From contig NC_058368.1 of assembly GCF_018350175.1 (NCBI RefSeq), forward strand, positions 170,192,001 to 170,256,000: DNA of 64,000 bases. Direction: 5' to 3'. A program made the position numbers and the translations under genes. This document shows positions 40,205-53,979 of this stretch, piece by piece. Numbering within the stretch: the first letter of the stretch is position 1; every line of letters begins with the position of its first letter. Origin of the DNA: Felis catus (lineage: Eukaryota). The notes under the pieces are model-generated. The model did not search any database. It was not told the DNA's origin and saw only the letters and a list, made by a program, of their open reading frames with translations.

Positions 40205-40740
40205 GAAAAAGCTTTTGACTGTGTGTAACAGGAAATATAAAGACGTGTCTTCAGAAAAAGTATGTTCATTATTTCCCAAGATCGTAGTTGGAAATACTGT
40301 AGGGCTGGCTCATCTAACTGCCCTGGGTGTGTATTTTTCTTTCACCTTCCAGTTTCTCTGTTATACATGCTGACTGTGATGACCACACAAGCTCCATGCA
40401 TTATTTTCTTACCAACTCATTTAGAGAGGAATCAAAAGGTATAAGAAGGGAAGAAGTGCTTTCTCCCCAGGCATATTTTTTCAAAAGCAATTCAACAAAA
40501 AGTACTCCAAATAGACCTATTTTTTATATCTCTGGTCAGGACCAGGTCACGTGACCACTCCTAATCAGGTCATGTAATCACTTGGAAGCAAAAGAGAATG
40601 GCCATGATTAGTTTAGATCAACTATGACCTCCCCGGGATGCCCAGGCTGGGAAGCGCCAGTCTTCTGAATCACGTGACTGAAGGATACCTGAACAAAACA
40701 GGTTTAATGGACAAAGAAAAGCAAGCAGCTGCTGGTTGCT
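40205..40740 (-). mobile_element. MaLR LTR (MLT1K-like)
   Basis: tctctggtcaggaccaggtcacgtgaccactcctaa...tgattagtttagatcaa...cctgaacaaaacagg. Confidence 0.6.
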
Positions 40741-41478
40741 GATAAGCTAGGGTTGTTTACTTCAATATCATTTAAAAATTTAGTATAGGTCAGGCTGTGG
40801 ATAGCACTGTGATGAAGTGCCATATAGGTAGGTTAAATACAAAATTGTTCTTACTCTTCCTGTTGCTTGAAAAGTCCCGGAGAGCACTACAAAACCCAAT
40901 TTACATAGGAAAATACTCTCTGACCTCATATGGTTAACATTTTAAAACTCATTGTAAAAGGCATACACATAAAATTTAGGATAACGATAGGAGGAATTTT
41001 ACCTCCTTAAAAATAGTGGTTTTTAATTTCTTTTTTAGATTGGTTGGAGGATGGTTTAAAAGGAGACATATAAATGAGAAGTGATAAATGAAAAGGTAAT
41101 GAGTAAAATGGCTGTTTAAAATAAGCGAAAAACAAACAACCATTTGGCTAACGTCTTATGAGTAAGAACTATAAAAGTCCAAAACAAGTTTCTCTAAAGT
41201 ATAGTGCCTATTGTAATTCTAAATCACTAAATGACATTTTATATTACTTTTTAATTAGCCAGAGCAAAAGTTTCTAAAACACTTTTGTAATTAAAATGTT
41301 GAACAAATTCATGAATTCAAAATTACAAAAGGAGCTTTCCTAATGAAACATTACCAGATATTTTGATACAGAAAGGCAAATTTTCCTTGGCTCCTGCATA
41401 GTTTTCCAATGTTAAAGTTCACAAATTATACCTTCTCTGCTAATCTAGAAAACACTTGAGGTAACTAAAAAGAGCTTA

Positions 41479-41601
<123 letters not shown>

Positions 41602-42476
41602 TTATGGGAAAGCATGAAAAAAGGCAAACCAAAATGTACAGCTTCTTACAAATTTATGTGTTTATTTAATTATACTCTGAAGGTCACTCTAGGAGGCTAT
41701 GCTCTACAACCAGAGATGTATAAAACTTTTTGTTTTGCTTTTCTTATTTTTATTTTTTGACATTTTCTGTAAATTGTTATTAATGTTAAAATGTAAGGAA
41801 CGTTTGCTAATATTCTGAGTTATGTCATTAGTTATTTGCTAGAAATAATTCTTTTATTCTTTACTTTCTAAGGATTACTTCTATCTCATTTCCCCACCAA
41901 GAGAAAGCATCTCCGATTCTAGAAGGAAAAGTATATTGAACAAATGCAGTTCGACAGAAAGTAGTTTGAAGCCAGTTTGCTGGAAAACCCTGGCTACTTC
42001 ACTGTGAATGGACTGAAATTAATGAACATGAGATATATACCAAGATGACCAGTCTTTTCTTAATGGTCCCACTCCTAGGACTGCCCTGGGGATCAGCTGG
42101 CCAATTGGAGAGAAGCTCACAGATGAATGTACCTGCTAGCACCTCTTGGCATGAAGTACATTATTTTTCTAATCAAATTTTTTCAAAATTTTAAAAAATA
42201 TGAGCAACAGTGAACTGAAATACTGGGAAATAACAACCACCACGACAACAAAAAAGATGGCTTAATTTACGCTTCAATTTTGTGCAACTTTTATTGCGTG
42301 ATTTTTTTTGTATTAAAGCAAAATCATAGGTATATTAGTTTCTTCCAAACAAACTGGATCTAATGTAAGAAAAGTAAAACAAAGACTTATTTCACTTCTT
42401 GTTCTGTTTTGATATGTGTTTAAAAATCTGGAAATTAATGGCACACTCTTAAAGAATCTCTTTTCTACAAGTTAGG

Positions 42477-42546
42477 TGAATAATTTGTTACACAGAAAGA
42501 ATAGAGTATTCTGAATAGTTTGTTACACAGAAAGAATAGAGTATTC
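42477..42546. repeat. 35-bp tandem duplication
   Basis: tgaata(a/g)tttgttacacagaaagaatagagtattc twice, one mismatch. Confidence 0.95.
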
Positions 42547-42912
42547 CGGGCATGTATAGTGAAGGTTTAGGAAATCTTCCTTTCTTCTTTGGGACACTTC
42601 ATATCTCAGTCAACCTTTTTTTTAGAAAAAAGTGGAATTTTCATAATCAAAAATTTATTCTCCAGCCTTTCATACTTTTGTGGCGAGCCCTTGGTCAAGT
42701 GTCAACAGCTACATTTCCCTTTAACTTATGGATAATCTCCACCTAAAAATCCATTTGACATTGAATTATTTGGCTATAAGCTTTAACTTTATTTTGCATT
42801 AGTATCTTTAACTATGTTCACTTATAACTTTAAAAAAGTATTTCTTGTTTTTCCTTTCAGTATTTTGGAACATGTAACCACTCACCAACTAGAACAGAAA
42901 GTCCATATATTA

Positions 42913-43062
<150 letters not shown>

Positions 43063-43454
43063 TCAATAATTATAGCTAACAGTTCCAAATTTTAATTTGG
43101 GACTACCAGGGACTGGGTGTAACACTTTTCTTTTAAAAAAGTACTTTACCTTAATAAAAATGTTTCATACACACATATAGAAATCAGTGAAATAAAAAGA
43201 AAATATGTGTACAGACCTCCTAGACTGATCTAATCATGATCTTAGATTGAGAAACAGAATTCTCATAATGTCAAAGAATTTTGTAGTCTCTGAAAAAAAA
43301 AAAAGTTTCTGAAATGGTTGCCGGAAGTCTTGTTGGTATATGCCTTCTTCATCGGTAAAACTCAGCACAGCTCCAGTTATGTTGAAGACTAATTTATCTC
43401 TTCACATATATCAGTGTAGGTTCAATTTAAGCTAAACCTTTATTCCCTCCATGC

Positions 43455-44360
43455 AGGTAGAATGAGTCCAACTGTGGCTGCGGTAAAATGAGCGAGGGAG
43501 GAAAGATGTATGTGGTAAGGTCAGAGAGGTGACAAGTGGCCAGATTAACTCTGGATGAGATGGGAAGTTATTGCAGGGTTTTGATTAGAGGAGTGGCATG
43601 ATTTAACTTAAGTTTTAATAGGATCATTCCAATGTCATATTGAGAGCTGGAGTGTGGAAAGGCGGGAGGTAGCCAGGGAGGAGGCACATGCATACTTAGG
43701 TGAGAGATAACAGTGGCTTAGATCAGATTAGAGCAATGTCGGTAAAGAGAAAAGTTTGGATGATGGGTATATTCTGACATTAGTTCCAGCAAGACTGCCT
43801 GAAGAATTAGAAATTAGGCATGAGAGAAAAAAAAGAATTCATGATTGAACTGAATAACTGGAAGGATGGAACTGCAATTTTCTGAGATGGGGAAAATTGC
43901 TGGAGAAGCAGGTTTGGGGTGAGGGCAGAGAATAAATTCAATACTGGACATATCGTGTTCGAGATGGCCATAGCCATCCAGGCGGGGACATGGAACAGGC
44001 AATCAGACATAGGAGTTTAAATTTCAGGTGAAAAGTTCAGGCGAGATACATCAATTTTGGAGTCATTACTGAGTCATTAAATACACATATGGTATTTAAG
44101 GTCTTGCCAATGAAAAGGACCCCCTGTGGGAGTGCATAGAGAATAGATGAGCATTTCAAAGAGAAGTGGGAAAAATAAGTTGAGGGTGTATGCAAAAGAA
44201 TGAGGAGAGTGATTATAATGATATACCATAAGATTTAAGATGAGCATGGGATCAAAAGTGATATCAGAGGAATGATGAATAGCTGATAGAATCAATGAGT
44301 TATTTGTGTGACCAAATAACTGTTGGAGTCATGCCATTAGAAGGAGTGATCTGGAAGAAA
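43455..44360 (-). mobile_element. L2 (L2a-like) fragment
   Basis: ggtcagagaggt...gagatgggaag...ggttttga...ggagtggcatgat...ttcaatactggacat...ttttggagtcat. Confidence 0.8.
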
Positions 44361-44604
44361 AAAAAAACACATTTTTCAAGAACTACCATGTTCAAAATTT
44401 CGTGAAATAGTTGCTTTGTGGTCACAGCCCTTTTCAGGAGACAGACATATGTAAAAGTAAAGACAGTGCCTTATGATCACAGGATGAGGAGAGGTAATGG
44501 CATGGTGTCCTATAAGCCAGAACCAAATATAGATATTCCAGTGAAGAACAATTAATGAAATAACCAACTCTTTAACTGCCATCCTAAAATGTGCATGTAT
44601 TCGG

Positions 44605-44714
44605 TCATTCATTCAGTAGGCATTTAGAGACCATCTCCTGTTAATCTTGGAAGTGGGGATACAACGATGGAATAAAAAGCCCTGCCTTCAAGGAGCTTAC
44701 AGTAAAATAGAGGA
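44605..44714 (-). mobile_element. L2 3' end
   Basis: tcattcattca...ggggatacaacgatg...ccctgccttcaaggagcttacagt. Confidence 0.7.
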
Positions 44715-45009
44715 AGAGTTCAGGTTTAGCACTCTGGTAGCATTGGCATTCTGAAATGAGTAACTACATTCTTGATTTTGTGTTCTCTATTTCACTCTCC
44801 ACCTTGGAGACAATCTGCTTAGATAAATACAGTGAAGGTTGGCTGAAAACTCTTTCTCAATAGTCATCTAGGATGACATATCTTTGATCCACATGAAGAC
44901 TCCAAAATAGCTTTAATCTTCACATGTGTACTAAGTGCTATGGGAATTTCAAGACCGTATCCCCTTTATGCAGTTAATTTTTTATAAATTTCATTAGAAA
45001 TTATATTTT

Positions 45010-45655
45010 TTAAAATATGAACATAACAGTGCTTTTCACAACAAACCAAACATGAAGGGATGCATAAGAAAAAGTTAACACACTTAGACTCCCAACATTA
45101 CTGCCTCCGGTCATACCCATCAGAAATAGCTAAGATCAATGGTTTAGTGCGTATCCTTGCATACCTTTCTCAATGTTCACAAACATAAACAGACCTATAA
45201 ATAATTATATTTAAATAAATGGAACCATGTATATAGCACTGTAGCATTCTTTCTTCATTAAATTTATTAGACATGCCTCAAGTTCAAATGATGGTAATAT
45301 GCAGTAATATGGATATACACAAATGCAACAATTCCTTTATTGATTGACATCTCCCATTACTTCCTGTATAATTTTGTCCACCCAAACTGATGCCATAATT
45401 TTATTTTTTTTTAATTTTTTTATATTTTTATTTGAGAGACAGAGAGAGACACAGCACAAGTGGGGGAGGGGCTGAGAGAGAAGGAGACACAGAATCTGAA
45501 GCAGGCTCCAGGCTCTGAGCTGTCAGCACAGAGCCCAACATGGGGCTCGAACTCACAAACCATGAGATCACGACCTAAGCCAAAGTCAGATGCTTAAGCG
45601 ACTGAGCAACCCAGGTGCCCCTGATGCCATAATTTTAAAAAATCCTTGTACATGG
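45010..45655 (-). mobile_element. Ancient L1 (L1ME3-like) 3' region interrupted by a SINE
   Basis: tcaatggtttagtgcgtatcctt...tattgattgacat...atccttgtacat. Confidence 0.5.
45404..45621 (-). mobile_element. CanSINE
   Basis: TSD tgatgccataatttta at 45388 and 45622. Confidence 0.95.
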
Positions 45656-45703
45656 CCTGATATTTAACAGGTACACACTATTCTAATTTATCTATCCCCA
45701 TAC

Positions 45704-45802
45704 TATATGTAAGTGATGAATCACTGGGTTCTATACTTGAAACCAACACTATATTGTATGTTAACAACTGAAATTTAAGTAAATAAATTTAAAAAAGAAA
45801 AG
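45704..45802 (+). mobile_element. Short carnivore L1 3' tail
   Basis: tatgtaagtgatgaatcactgggttcta...tgtatgttaac plus A tail. Confidence 0.75.
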
Positions 45803-46210
45803 AGTAAATATAGGCATTTGAAAAGAAAATATGCTTTAGCTTCCCACACTCCAACTTCTTCCCACATTCTAATTTCTTCAAAGATAAATGTAATCTATTG
45901 TAAGTATATAAGTGCAGTCGTATGGAAAAGGAAGTAAATAAAGATCATTCTAATTTTACATATACAGAAAATATACTTGGCATGAATACCCTACCTAAAC
46001 TATTTATGTTACCTGTGAATTCAGAATTATTTTAGCTGACAAGTGATTTGTTCAGTAAATCTTTAAGGGAAGTCTCCTACATACAAAGTATTTTGCTATA
46101 TACAGTGAGGGCTAGAAGAGGAATCAGACTTGGCCTCAGAAAGTTTCCAATGTGGGAAAGAAGTGAGATGCAACAAAAAGATGTACTAAGAAAAATAAAT
46201 AAATAAAGGA

Positions 46211-46433
46211 GGGGCACCTGGGTGGCTCAGTCGGTTAAGCATCCAACTTTGGCTCATGATCTCACAGTTCGTGAGTTTGAGCCCTGCATCAGGCTCTCTG
46301 CTGTCAGTGCAGAGACTGCTTCGGATCCTCTGTCCCCACCCCCCCCTTTGCCCCTCCCCGCTCGCATTCTCTCCCTCCCTCTCTCTCTCTCTCTCTCTCT
46401 TCCCCCCCTCTCAAAAACAAACATTAAAAAAAA
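46211..46433 (+). mobile_element. CanSINE
   Basis: Full head, CT tract, A tail. Confidence 0.93.
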
Positions 46434-46449
46434 AAAGGAAATGAAATCC

Positions 46450-46630
46450 TGTGAGAGTTTAGAAGTAGAAATAAATTCCTAGTCCTGTAATCTTGGTTTA
46501 ATCACTTAATCTGTGTGAACTATCATTTTTCATCTGTGGAAATGAGGACAACATCTTGTAGAATTTTGAAAAGTATCATTGCAGTCTGGTTCCCAGTATA
46601 TATCAAGTGCTGGATAACTGTTAGTTATAA
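46450..46630 (+). mobile_element. MIR
   Basis: tcacttaatctgtgtgaac...tcatctgtggaaatgagg...aagtgctggataactgttagttat. Confidence 0.55.
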
Positions 46631-46717
46631 GCATTACTGTTTTGGATTAAAGATCCAGAAAAAGCTTCTTTGCAGAAATGGCACTTAAGCTGTAACTTGA
46701 ATACAAAGGAACTGGAA

Positions 46718-47163
46718 TGTGACAGAATAGCAGCTGTCCTTTCAAAATTCTTTATCTGACTTTTCTTTGGCACATGATCACCTAGCTACTCTGTATTTCC
46801 CAGTCTTTCTGGCAGCTAGATGTGGGCATATGGCCAAGCTAATGGGATGTGAGCAAATGTAATATATGCAAATTTCAGGTCACCTCTAACTTGAAGGCAC
46901 ACCATTTTCTCTAGAATTATACCTTTTTTCCCTCTGGTGGACTGGAACACAAATATAGCGCTGAATCAGCTTTGATTAGGCAGATGAGTACAACACCCTG
47001 TGAGATAATGAAGGTCCTGAGTTTTCTCACTAAAAGCAGGGCTGTCCTGTCAGCCTAGACCCACTGACTTTTTATGTCAGATAAATACATTTCTATCTTA
47101 CCTAAGCCACTGAAATTAGTGGCCTCTTTCTATAATTGTTTCCAATTTACCCTAACTATTGCA
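46718..47163 (+). mobile_element. MaLR LTR (MLT1I/J2-like)
   Basis: TGTGACAGA start; atttcccagtc...gcagctagatgtggg...aatgggatgtgagc...taagccactg...ccctaacta. Confidence 0.7.
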
Positions 47164-47292
47164 AATGGGAACAAAGAGAAAAAATAAAGAATTTAACCCA
47201 GCATAAACAGACAGAATGCTTAAAATCAAGGTAGGAAATGAAGATGGAAATTCTGGGTTGAGGACAAACATAAATGGCATTGAAAGGTGGTC

Positions 47293-47710
47293 TGTGGCAG
47301 AGATTTATAGCTTCCTACATTGGTGTCTGTTCTCATTTTCTTACAAAAAGATTCTTTCTTGCAGTTAGATATGCCTGTATCTCTATGTTTCAGCCAGTAA
47401 AATGTAAGTAAAATTCAGATAGTAGTTCTGGGAAGTTTACTAAAAAGGAGGAACAGACCCTTCTGCCCTTTATCCTGCTGCGTGAAGCACGACTGTGATA
47501 AGTGGAGCTTCAGCAGCCACGATAAACCCATGAGATTGCCTTATGTGTAAGCCACGTGCGGCAGAGCAGACGGATGGAACCTAGGTTCCAGATCACCATA
47601 CCAGCTCTGGACTGACTACATTCAGAGAAATAAATTTTATTTTTATTTAAGTGGCATTGCTATTTATGATATTCTTAGTTGCAGTGGGCACTAATTCTAC
47701 GTTACGCACA
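47293..47710 (+). mobile_element. MaLR LTR (MLT1J-like)
   Basis: TGTGGCAGAGA start; ggagcttcagcagcca...caccataccagctctggactg...agagaaataaa. Confidence 0.7.
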
Positions 47711-48380
47711 GGTTTTTAAGTTTTATTTAATAAATAAAAAGGAACTGTTGTGCAGAAGAATTATGAGATTACACTGTACTTTAGGATGTCTAAACTCAAA
47801 GTCATATGTTGAATAGTTTTAAATGAGGAGTCACTCTTGGGAAGCCACTCAGCAACTATTTCAACAATGTAGGTAAGAAGTAAAAAAGGTCTGAACTACA
47901 GTTTGGGCAATACAAATGAGGAAGAGTAAATGAATATGAAAGATTAGGTGGAAGCTAAACCAATAGGGTTTGATGACTAATAGGATGTGAGAAGAATTGT
48001 GAGAGTGGAGGTAAGATAATCTCAAGGCTTTGAGCCTACACAATCAGTAGTAGAGAGCTGACATTAGGACAATAAGATGGAGGAATAAGGGTAGATGATC
48101 TGTGCTGTTCTGGACAACTGATTATGATTTACCTGTGAGGCATCCAAGTGGAGAGGTCTATGATCCAGACTTGTGAGGCAGGTATTAGGAAGTGGATAGG
48201 ATATGGAAATGAAGATTTCAGATTCAACTACTATCACTGATATTCAAAGCCACAAAATTTCAAGAGGAAGAGTACTGAGGAAAAAAAGTCAAGGGAGATC
48301 TTTGGACAAATTCCATAGTTAGAGGCAAGAAGAAAAGAAGAGACAGTGAATATAATAAAAGGAGATTCAGGGGAACACTA
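47711..48380 (-). mobile_element. L2 fragment
   Basis: ctcaaggctttgagcct...cctgtgaggcatccaagtggag. Confidence 0.55.
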
Positions 48381-49224
48381 CAATGGAATTCAAATATGTG
48401 TATAATTTGCGGTATAAATTCCTTCTCTGAGAATTGTCCATTACTTATAGTCCCTACTGAATCAGTAGGTCCAGCTTCTATATTAGTATCATATGATCCT
48501 ACCTCCCTGACTGTAGCTGATTGGGTCACATCACCTGTCTGAATCAAGTTAGGCCACTCTAATCCTCTCTACAGGGATTTTAAATAATTACCTGATACTT
48601 TAATTAGTTGATGTTAGAGCGGAACAGAAATGTTAGTCTTGTAGAGCCAAGAGGTGGCTTTTGCTGAGAGGCCATTCAAGACAACAAAGCACCCCAAAAC
48701 AGAAAGCTACTTGGTCACCATTGGAGCACCCAATCAATGTTTGTTAGATTATTTACTAATGTATAGCCAGAGCCGCTATCTTTTTCATGTTTCTAGTCTA
48801 GTATAGATGCAGACTACATCTGTCAAGTTGACCATTTTATCTCTTGTATCAATTAGAGAACATAATGAGTACTGAATGAATGAATGAATGAATGACGCCT
48901 GGCTATGCCTTCTGCTCTCAGGTTCCACCAGACAACCCTGTATCCTTCCCTTACATTTTCCTTTTGCCTAAGTTAATTTGATATTGTGTCTGTTCCATGC
49001 AAACAAGCAATTCTAGACTGAGACAGCAAAGAACAGAATGTAGAATAAGACGATGACCAAACATACATCTGCAGGGAATCAAAACTAAGGACAAAGAGAC
49101 CACTAGAGTTAATGTTTAGAAAGTGAGTGGAAATCTTTAAGACAGTAGTGTCACTAGTGAAACACTGATACTGAGTTGAGTTTAGGGATAAGAAAATTCT
49201 GATGTCTGAAAACATTCCGCAAAA

Positions 49225-49755
49225 TTCAAGCACACAAAGCTTATAAGGTCTCCATGATTAGTGCCTGTTTTGGCCATAAATATTGTGCAGAGTCTCAGAT
49301 TCACTTGACTTCTGCCTGCATGATCTCCATGGCCAAACACTGAGCTGCCTCTCCTCTTCTACATTTGGAGTAGCCACCTTCTGAGTGACACAAGATGGAA
49401 GTATGGTAAGTTAGCACCTACGGGGTGAATCTTGATGAAGGAAAATGCTAGACAAAAAGGAACAAATGATATGAATAACCCTCCTCATTTCTCCATTCTG
49501 TGGACTATTGTGAGATGTGGCTTCTCCTTGAAAGCAGTCTTAAAAAGTCCCATATGCCAAATATGGACATGTCTCTCCTGTGTCTCATTATGGCAAGATG
49601 CAATTTAGTGCTCCAGGAGGTAATGCATCAAGGTTTCCTGTCTCATTTTCCTTTTTTTTCCACCTTTAGTGAATTGACCTTGCATACCTTACATAAAGTA
49701 TTAGAATTCTAATCCTCTTCTCGTATTCTACCTTCTAGTGACTTGGGCTAAGACA
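49225..49755 (+). mobile_element. ERVL LTR (LTR16-like)
   Basis: gttagcacctacggggtgaatcttga...cataaagtattagaattctaatcct...gggctaagaca end. Confidence 0.6.
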
Positions 49756-49874
49756 GTGGTATAAGCCTAAGTATAAGAGGTCTGTGGTTTCTAAGATTTT
49801 GCAAGACTTTATGTACCCTCTACAGACATCCTCATCAGTAGCTACTGACCTCTCATTTGGGGTAATACATTCTT

Positions 49875-50234
49875 TTTTTTTTTTTTTAATTTACATCCAA
49901 ATTAGTTAGCATATAGTGAAACAATGATTTCAGGAGTAGATTCCTTAATGCCCCTTAACCATTTAGCACATCCCCCCTCCCACAACCCCTCCAATAACCT
50001 GTTTTTTCTCCATAGTTAAGAGTCTCTTATGTTTTGTCCCACTCCCTGTTTTTTTTATTTTTGTTGCTCTTCCCTTATGTTCATCTGTTATGTCTCTTAA
50101 AGTCCTCATATGAGTGAAGTCATATGATTTTTGTCTTTCTCTGACTAATTTCGCTTAGCATAATACCCTCCAGTTCCATCCATGTAGTTGCAACTGTCAA
50201 GATTTAATTCTTTTTGACTGCCGAGTAATACTCC

Positions 50235-50291
<57 letters not shown>

Positions 50292-51445
50292 CACATCTTC
50301 CTTATCTATTCATCCATTGATAGACATTTGGGCTCTTTCCATACTTTGGCTATTATTGATAGTGCTGCTATAAACATAGGGGTGCATGTGTCCCTTTGAA
50401 ACAGCACACTTGTATCACTTGGATAAATACCTAGTGGTACAATTGCTGGGTCGTAGGGTAGTTCTAGTTTTAATGTTTTGAGGAACCTCCATACTGTTTT
50501 CCAGATTGGCTGCACTACATTGCATTCCCACCAATAATGCAAAAGAGATCCTCTTTCTCCTCATCCTCGCCTACATCTGTTGTTGCCTGAGTTGTTAATG
50601 TTAGCCACTCTGACAGGTATAAGGTGGTATCTCATTGTGGTTTTGATTTGTATTTCCCTGATGATGAGTGATGTTGAGCATTCTTTCATGTGTCGGTTTG
50701 CCATCTGGATGTCTTCTTTGGAGAAGTGTCTATTCATGTCTTTTGCCCATTTCTTCACTGGATTATTTGTTTTTTGGGTGTTGAGTCTGAGCAGTTCTTT
50801 ATAGATTTTGGATACTAACCCTTTATATGATATGTCATTTGCAAATATCTTCTCCCATTCTGGCAGTTGCCTTTTAGTTTTGCTGATTGTTTCCTTCACT
50901 GTGCAGAAGTTTCCCATTTTGATGAGGTCCCAGAAGTTCATTTTTGCTTTTGTTTCCCTTGCCTCCGGAGACGTGTTGAGTAAGAAGTTGCTGCGGGCAA
51001 GATCAAAGAGGTTTTTGCCTGCTTTCTCCTTGAGGATTTTGATGGCTTCCTGTCTTACATTGAGGTCTTTCATCCATTTTGAGTTTATTTTTGTGTATGG
51101 TGTAAGAAAGTGGTCCAGGTTCATTCTTCTGCATGTCGCTGTCCAGTTTTCCCAGCACCATTTGCTGTCTTTATTCCATTGGATATTCTTTCCTGCTTTG
51201 TCAAAGATTAGTTGGCCATACAATTGTGGGTCCATTTCTGGGTTCTCTATTCTGTTCCATTGATCTGAGTGTCTGTTCTTGCGCCAGTACCATACTGTCT
51301 TGACGATTACAGCCTTGTGGTATAGCTTGAAGTCTGGGATTGTGATGCCCCTGCTTTGGTTTTCTTTTTCAAGATTGCTTTGGCTTGGGGTCATTTCTGG
51401 TTCCATACAAATTTAGGATTATTTGTTCTAGCTCTGTGAAGAATA
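49875..51445 (-). mobile_element. Felid L1, 5'-truncated (ORF2 C-terminus plus 3'UTR), with (TA)n at ~50237-50284
   Basis: Track ORFs 50561..51406 and 50306..50542; perfect 16-bp TSD ggggtaatacattctt at 49859 and 51446; TTTT/AA endonuclease-type site. Confidence 0.97.
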
Positions 51446-51810
51446 GGGGTAATACATTCTTAAAAAAGCTACATTTAATACATAATTACATGGGTTCATG
51501 CTCTTTATGGCCATCCAGATCCTGTCACCATATTTTTGGCTAAATCATCTATAGTCATCCTCAAATGCTACAATATATAGGTCTCAGGCTAAAATTAACA
51601 GGCCTAATTAAAATTTAGAATTTTACTTAAAGGCTTATAATAATTCAGATAAATGAAAAACAAAGCCTATAGACAAAATAAACAAATGATCAGAATATAA
51701 ATGTTAAGTCTAGAAAAGTTTCTTCTTGTTGCTGACAACACATATTTAGAGCCCATATTATAAAGCTAAATTGTATTATGAATGTATACTTATAAAAATC
51801 AGAAATATTA

Positions 51811-52027
51811 GGGGCGCCTGGGTGGCTCAGTCGGTTGGGCGGCCGACTTCGGCTCAGGTCATGATCTCGCGGTCCATGACTTCGAGTCCCGTGTCGGGCT
51901 CTGTGCTGATAGCTCAAAGCCTAGAGCCTGTTTCAGATTCTGTGTCTCCCTCTTTCTGACCCTCCCCTGTTCATGCTCTGTCTCTCCCTGTCTCAAAAAT
52001 AAATAAAACGTTAAAAAAATTTTTTTT
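51811..52027 (+). mobile_element. CanSINE
   Basis: TSD aatcagaaatatta at 51797 and 52028. Confidence 0.96.
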
Positions 52028-52964
52028 AATCAGAAATATTATATAGATAGGTACATGTATAGTATTTTTAAATATTTAGAGCATGTATTTGTAGAGCACA
52101 TTTTACTATCTATAAAAGTGTCAAAAACATTAATAAAAAGAAAAAATTGGGGGCTTATTAACATTTTAGGAAACTGAAGACTCTGGCCTTCCAGATATAA
52201 AAAATATTTCTATGAAAAAGATGTAAAATAATCTAATAGCTTGACTAAATCTTCCTAATGTAAGACTTACATTCCCTTTAATTCTTTCCAGTCACCTAAA
52301 ATAAATGTATATATTTGGTGTAAGTCTTCAAAATCTTCTGGTCTTCACCATCTCTGAGATGAAGTAGAAAAAGCAAAACAGACTATACACAATAAAATAA
52401 TCTTAGTTATAAAAGAAAATTGTGACAAAATAGTAATACTCTGAACCAGTAATCCATTGTAAGATTGTGTGATTTTTCTCTTTGGTCCAGAATAGACTTC
52501 AGTACCTCATTTGAAAGATTTACATGCAGCCCTAAATGTGTCTCTAACAGAATCCACACTAGGCCTGCAAAAATCCATGTTTCTAAGGAAGAATAAGTGA
52601 AACAAATACAATATGAGGCATATGACAATTCATGTAACACCTAAGAAGGAAAACAAAAGTGATGTCCCTTCATACAAGACAGTTCTCTGCTTCATCTCAA
52701 ACAGTTTGTGCCAGGAACAGAATCTGGTTTCCCTTGGTACAAGGGGTCAAGGAGAGAAGACCAAGTATGTTTTCTAAGTGACTGTGCAGTACGAAAAACC
52801 CAGAGCTTCCAAGGTACAGAAAACTTGGACTCCCTTCACATTGTCTAACTAAATACCTGAGGTAAAAGCAATCAGAACTAATCCCAATCCTTTCTCTCCA
52901 CCTCCAGGGATATGTAAAGAAGGCTGTCTTGGTGCTCAGCAGAGAAAGAGAAAGGAAAAAAAAA

Positions 52965-52966
<2 letters not shown>

Positions 52967-53012
<46 letters not shown>

Positions 53013-53052
53013 GTGTGTGTGTGCGCGCGCGCGCGCGTGTGCGCGTGCATGC
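52967..53052. repeat. Compound (GT)n(GC)n microsatellite
   Basis: 86 bp of uninterrupted purine-pyrimidine alternation. Confidence 0.97.
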
Positions 53053-53129
53053 TGCTGAGATCAGTCTCAATGCAGATTTATACTCCAGGCAGATTTTAAA
53101 ACTCAATTGGTAAATATGGTAACAAGAGA

Positions 53130-53580
53130 AGTAGTCACGTGGAAAACAGACCACATATCAGAATAAATTGTTCCAAACACTACAGTAAAAAGAGACCAAA
53201 AAAGGAAAATACAGACTAAAGAGTGAAAGGTGAAATATACAATGAGATGGTCTAATATACATGTAGTCAAGACTCCCAGAAGGAAAGAAAAGAGAAAATG
53301 AGTTGTCAAGGTAATTTCTAAAGAAACAATATCAGATAATGTTTTAAGAATTATGATACAGTCCATAGATTTAAAAGGTTTGAGAGATCCAAGCAGAATA
53401 ATTGTTTAAAATTACATTCTGACACACCATAGTAAACTGCAGAAAGTGGAAGACAAGAAAATTTTGAAAGCATATAAGTGGAGGAACACAGATTCATATG
53501 AAAGAAATAGCACCAAATTTCACCTAACTTCTCAATAGCAATAATAGAAGCTATGAGTAGAAGGACATTAATCTGCTGAG
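53130..53580 (+). mobile_element. Ancient L1/HAL1 ORF1 remnant
   Basis: ggtctaatatacatgtagtc...cccagaagga...acaccatagtaaactgcaga...aacttctcaatagcaataatagaagc. Confidence 0.6.
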
Positions 53581-53979
53581 GGGAAAAAAAAGGAATGAAG
53601 AAATAATTATCAATAATAAAACAATTATCAGTACGGATTGAATTAAAAATATAACACTGACTTAAGAAACCAACCAGAGATAAATGAGTTAAGTATAATT
53701 ACATTTTTATTTATCTGGAAAATGCAACTTTATATTCATGTATACTAAAATCAAAAAATGAACTGAAATGATATCTAGCATAATTATTTTAGTTGGGAGG
53801 GCACGTGGTCAAAGATTTTCAAGTTTATCTGTTTGTTGATCTATTCTTTATTAAAGAAAGGTATTTGAAACAAATGTAACCATATGTCACCATGCAAGTT
53901 TTATTATGTATTCTATAATTCTCTTTACTTTCAAGTTTTTAAAATTTTCTTAAAATCACACACAATTTTTAAATTATCA

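Noticed and set aside
52407..52640. 77-aa hydrophobic ORF on the gene strand
   Set aside because: No recognisable homology; the flanking exons already join in phase without it.
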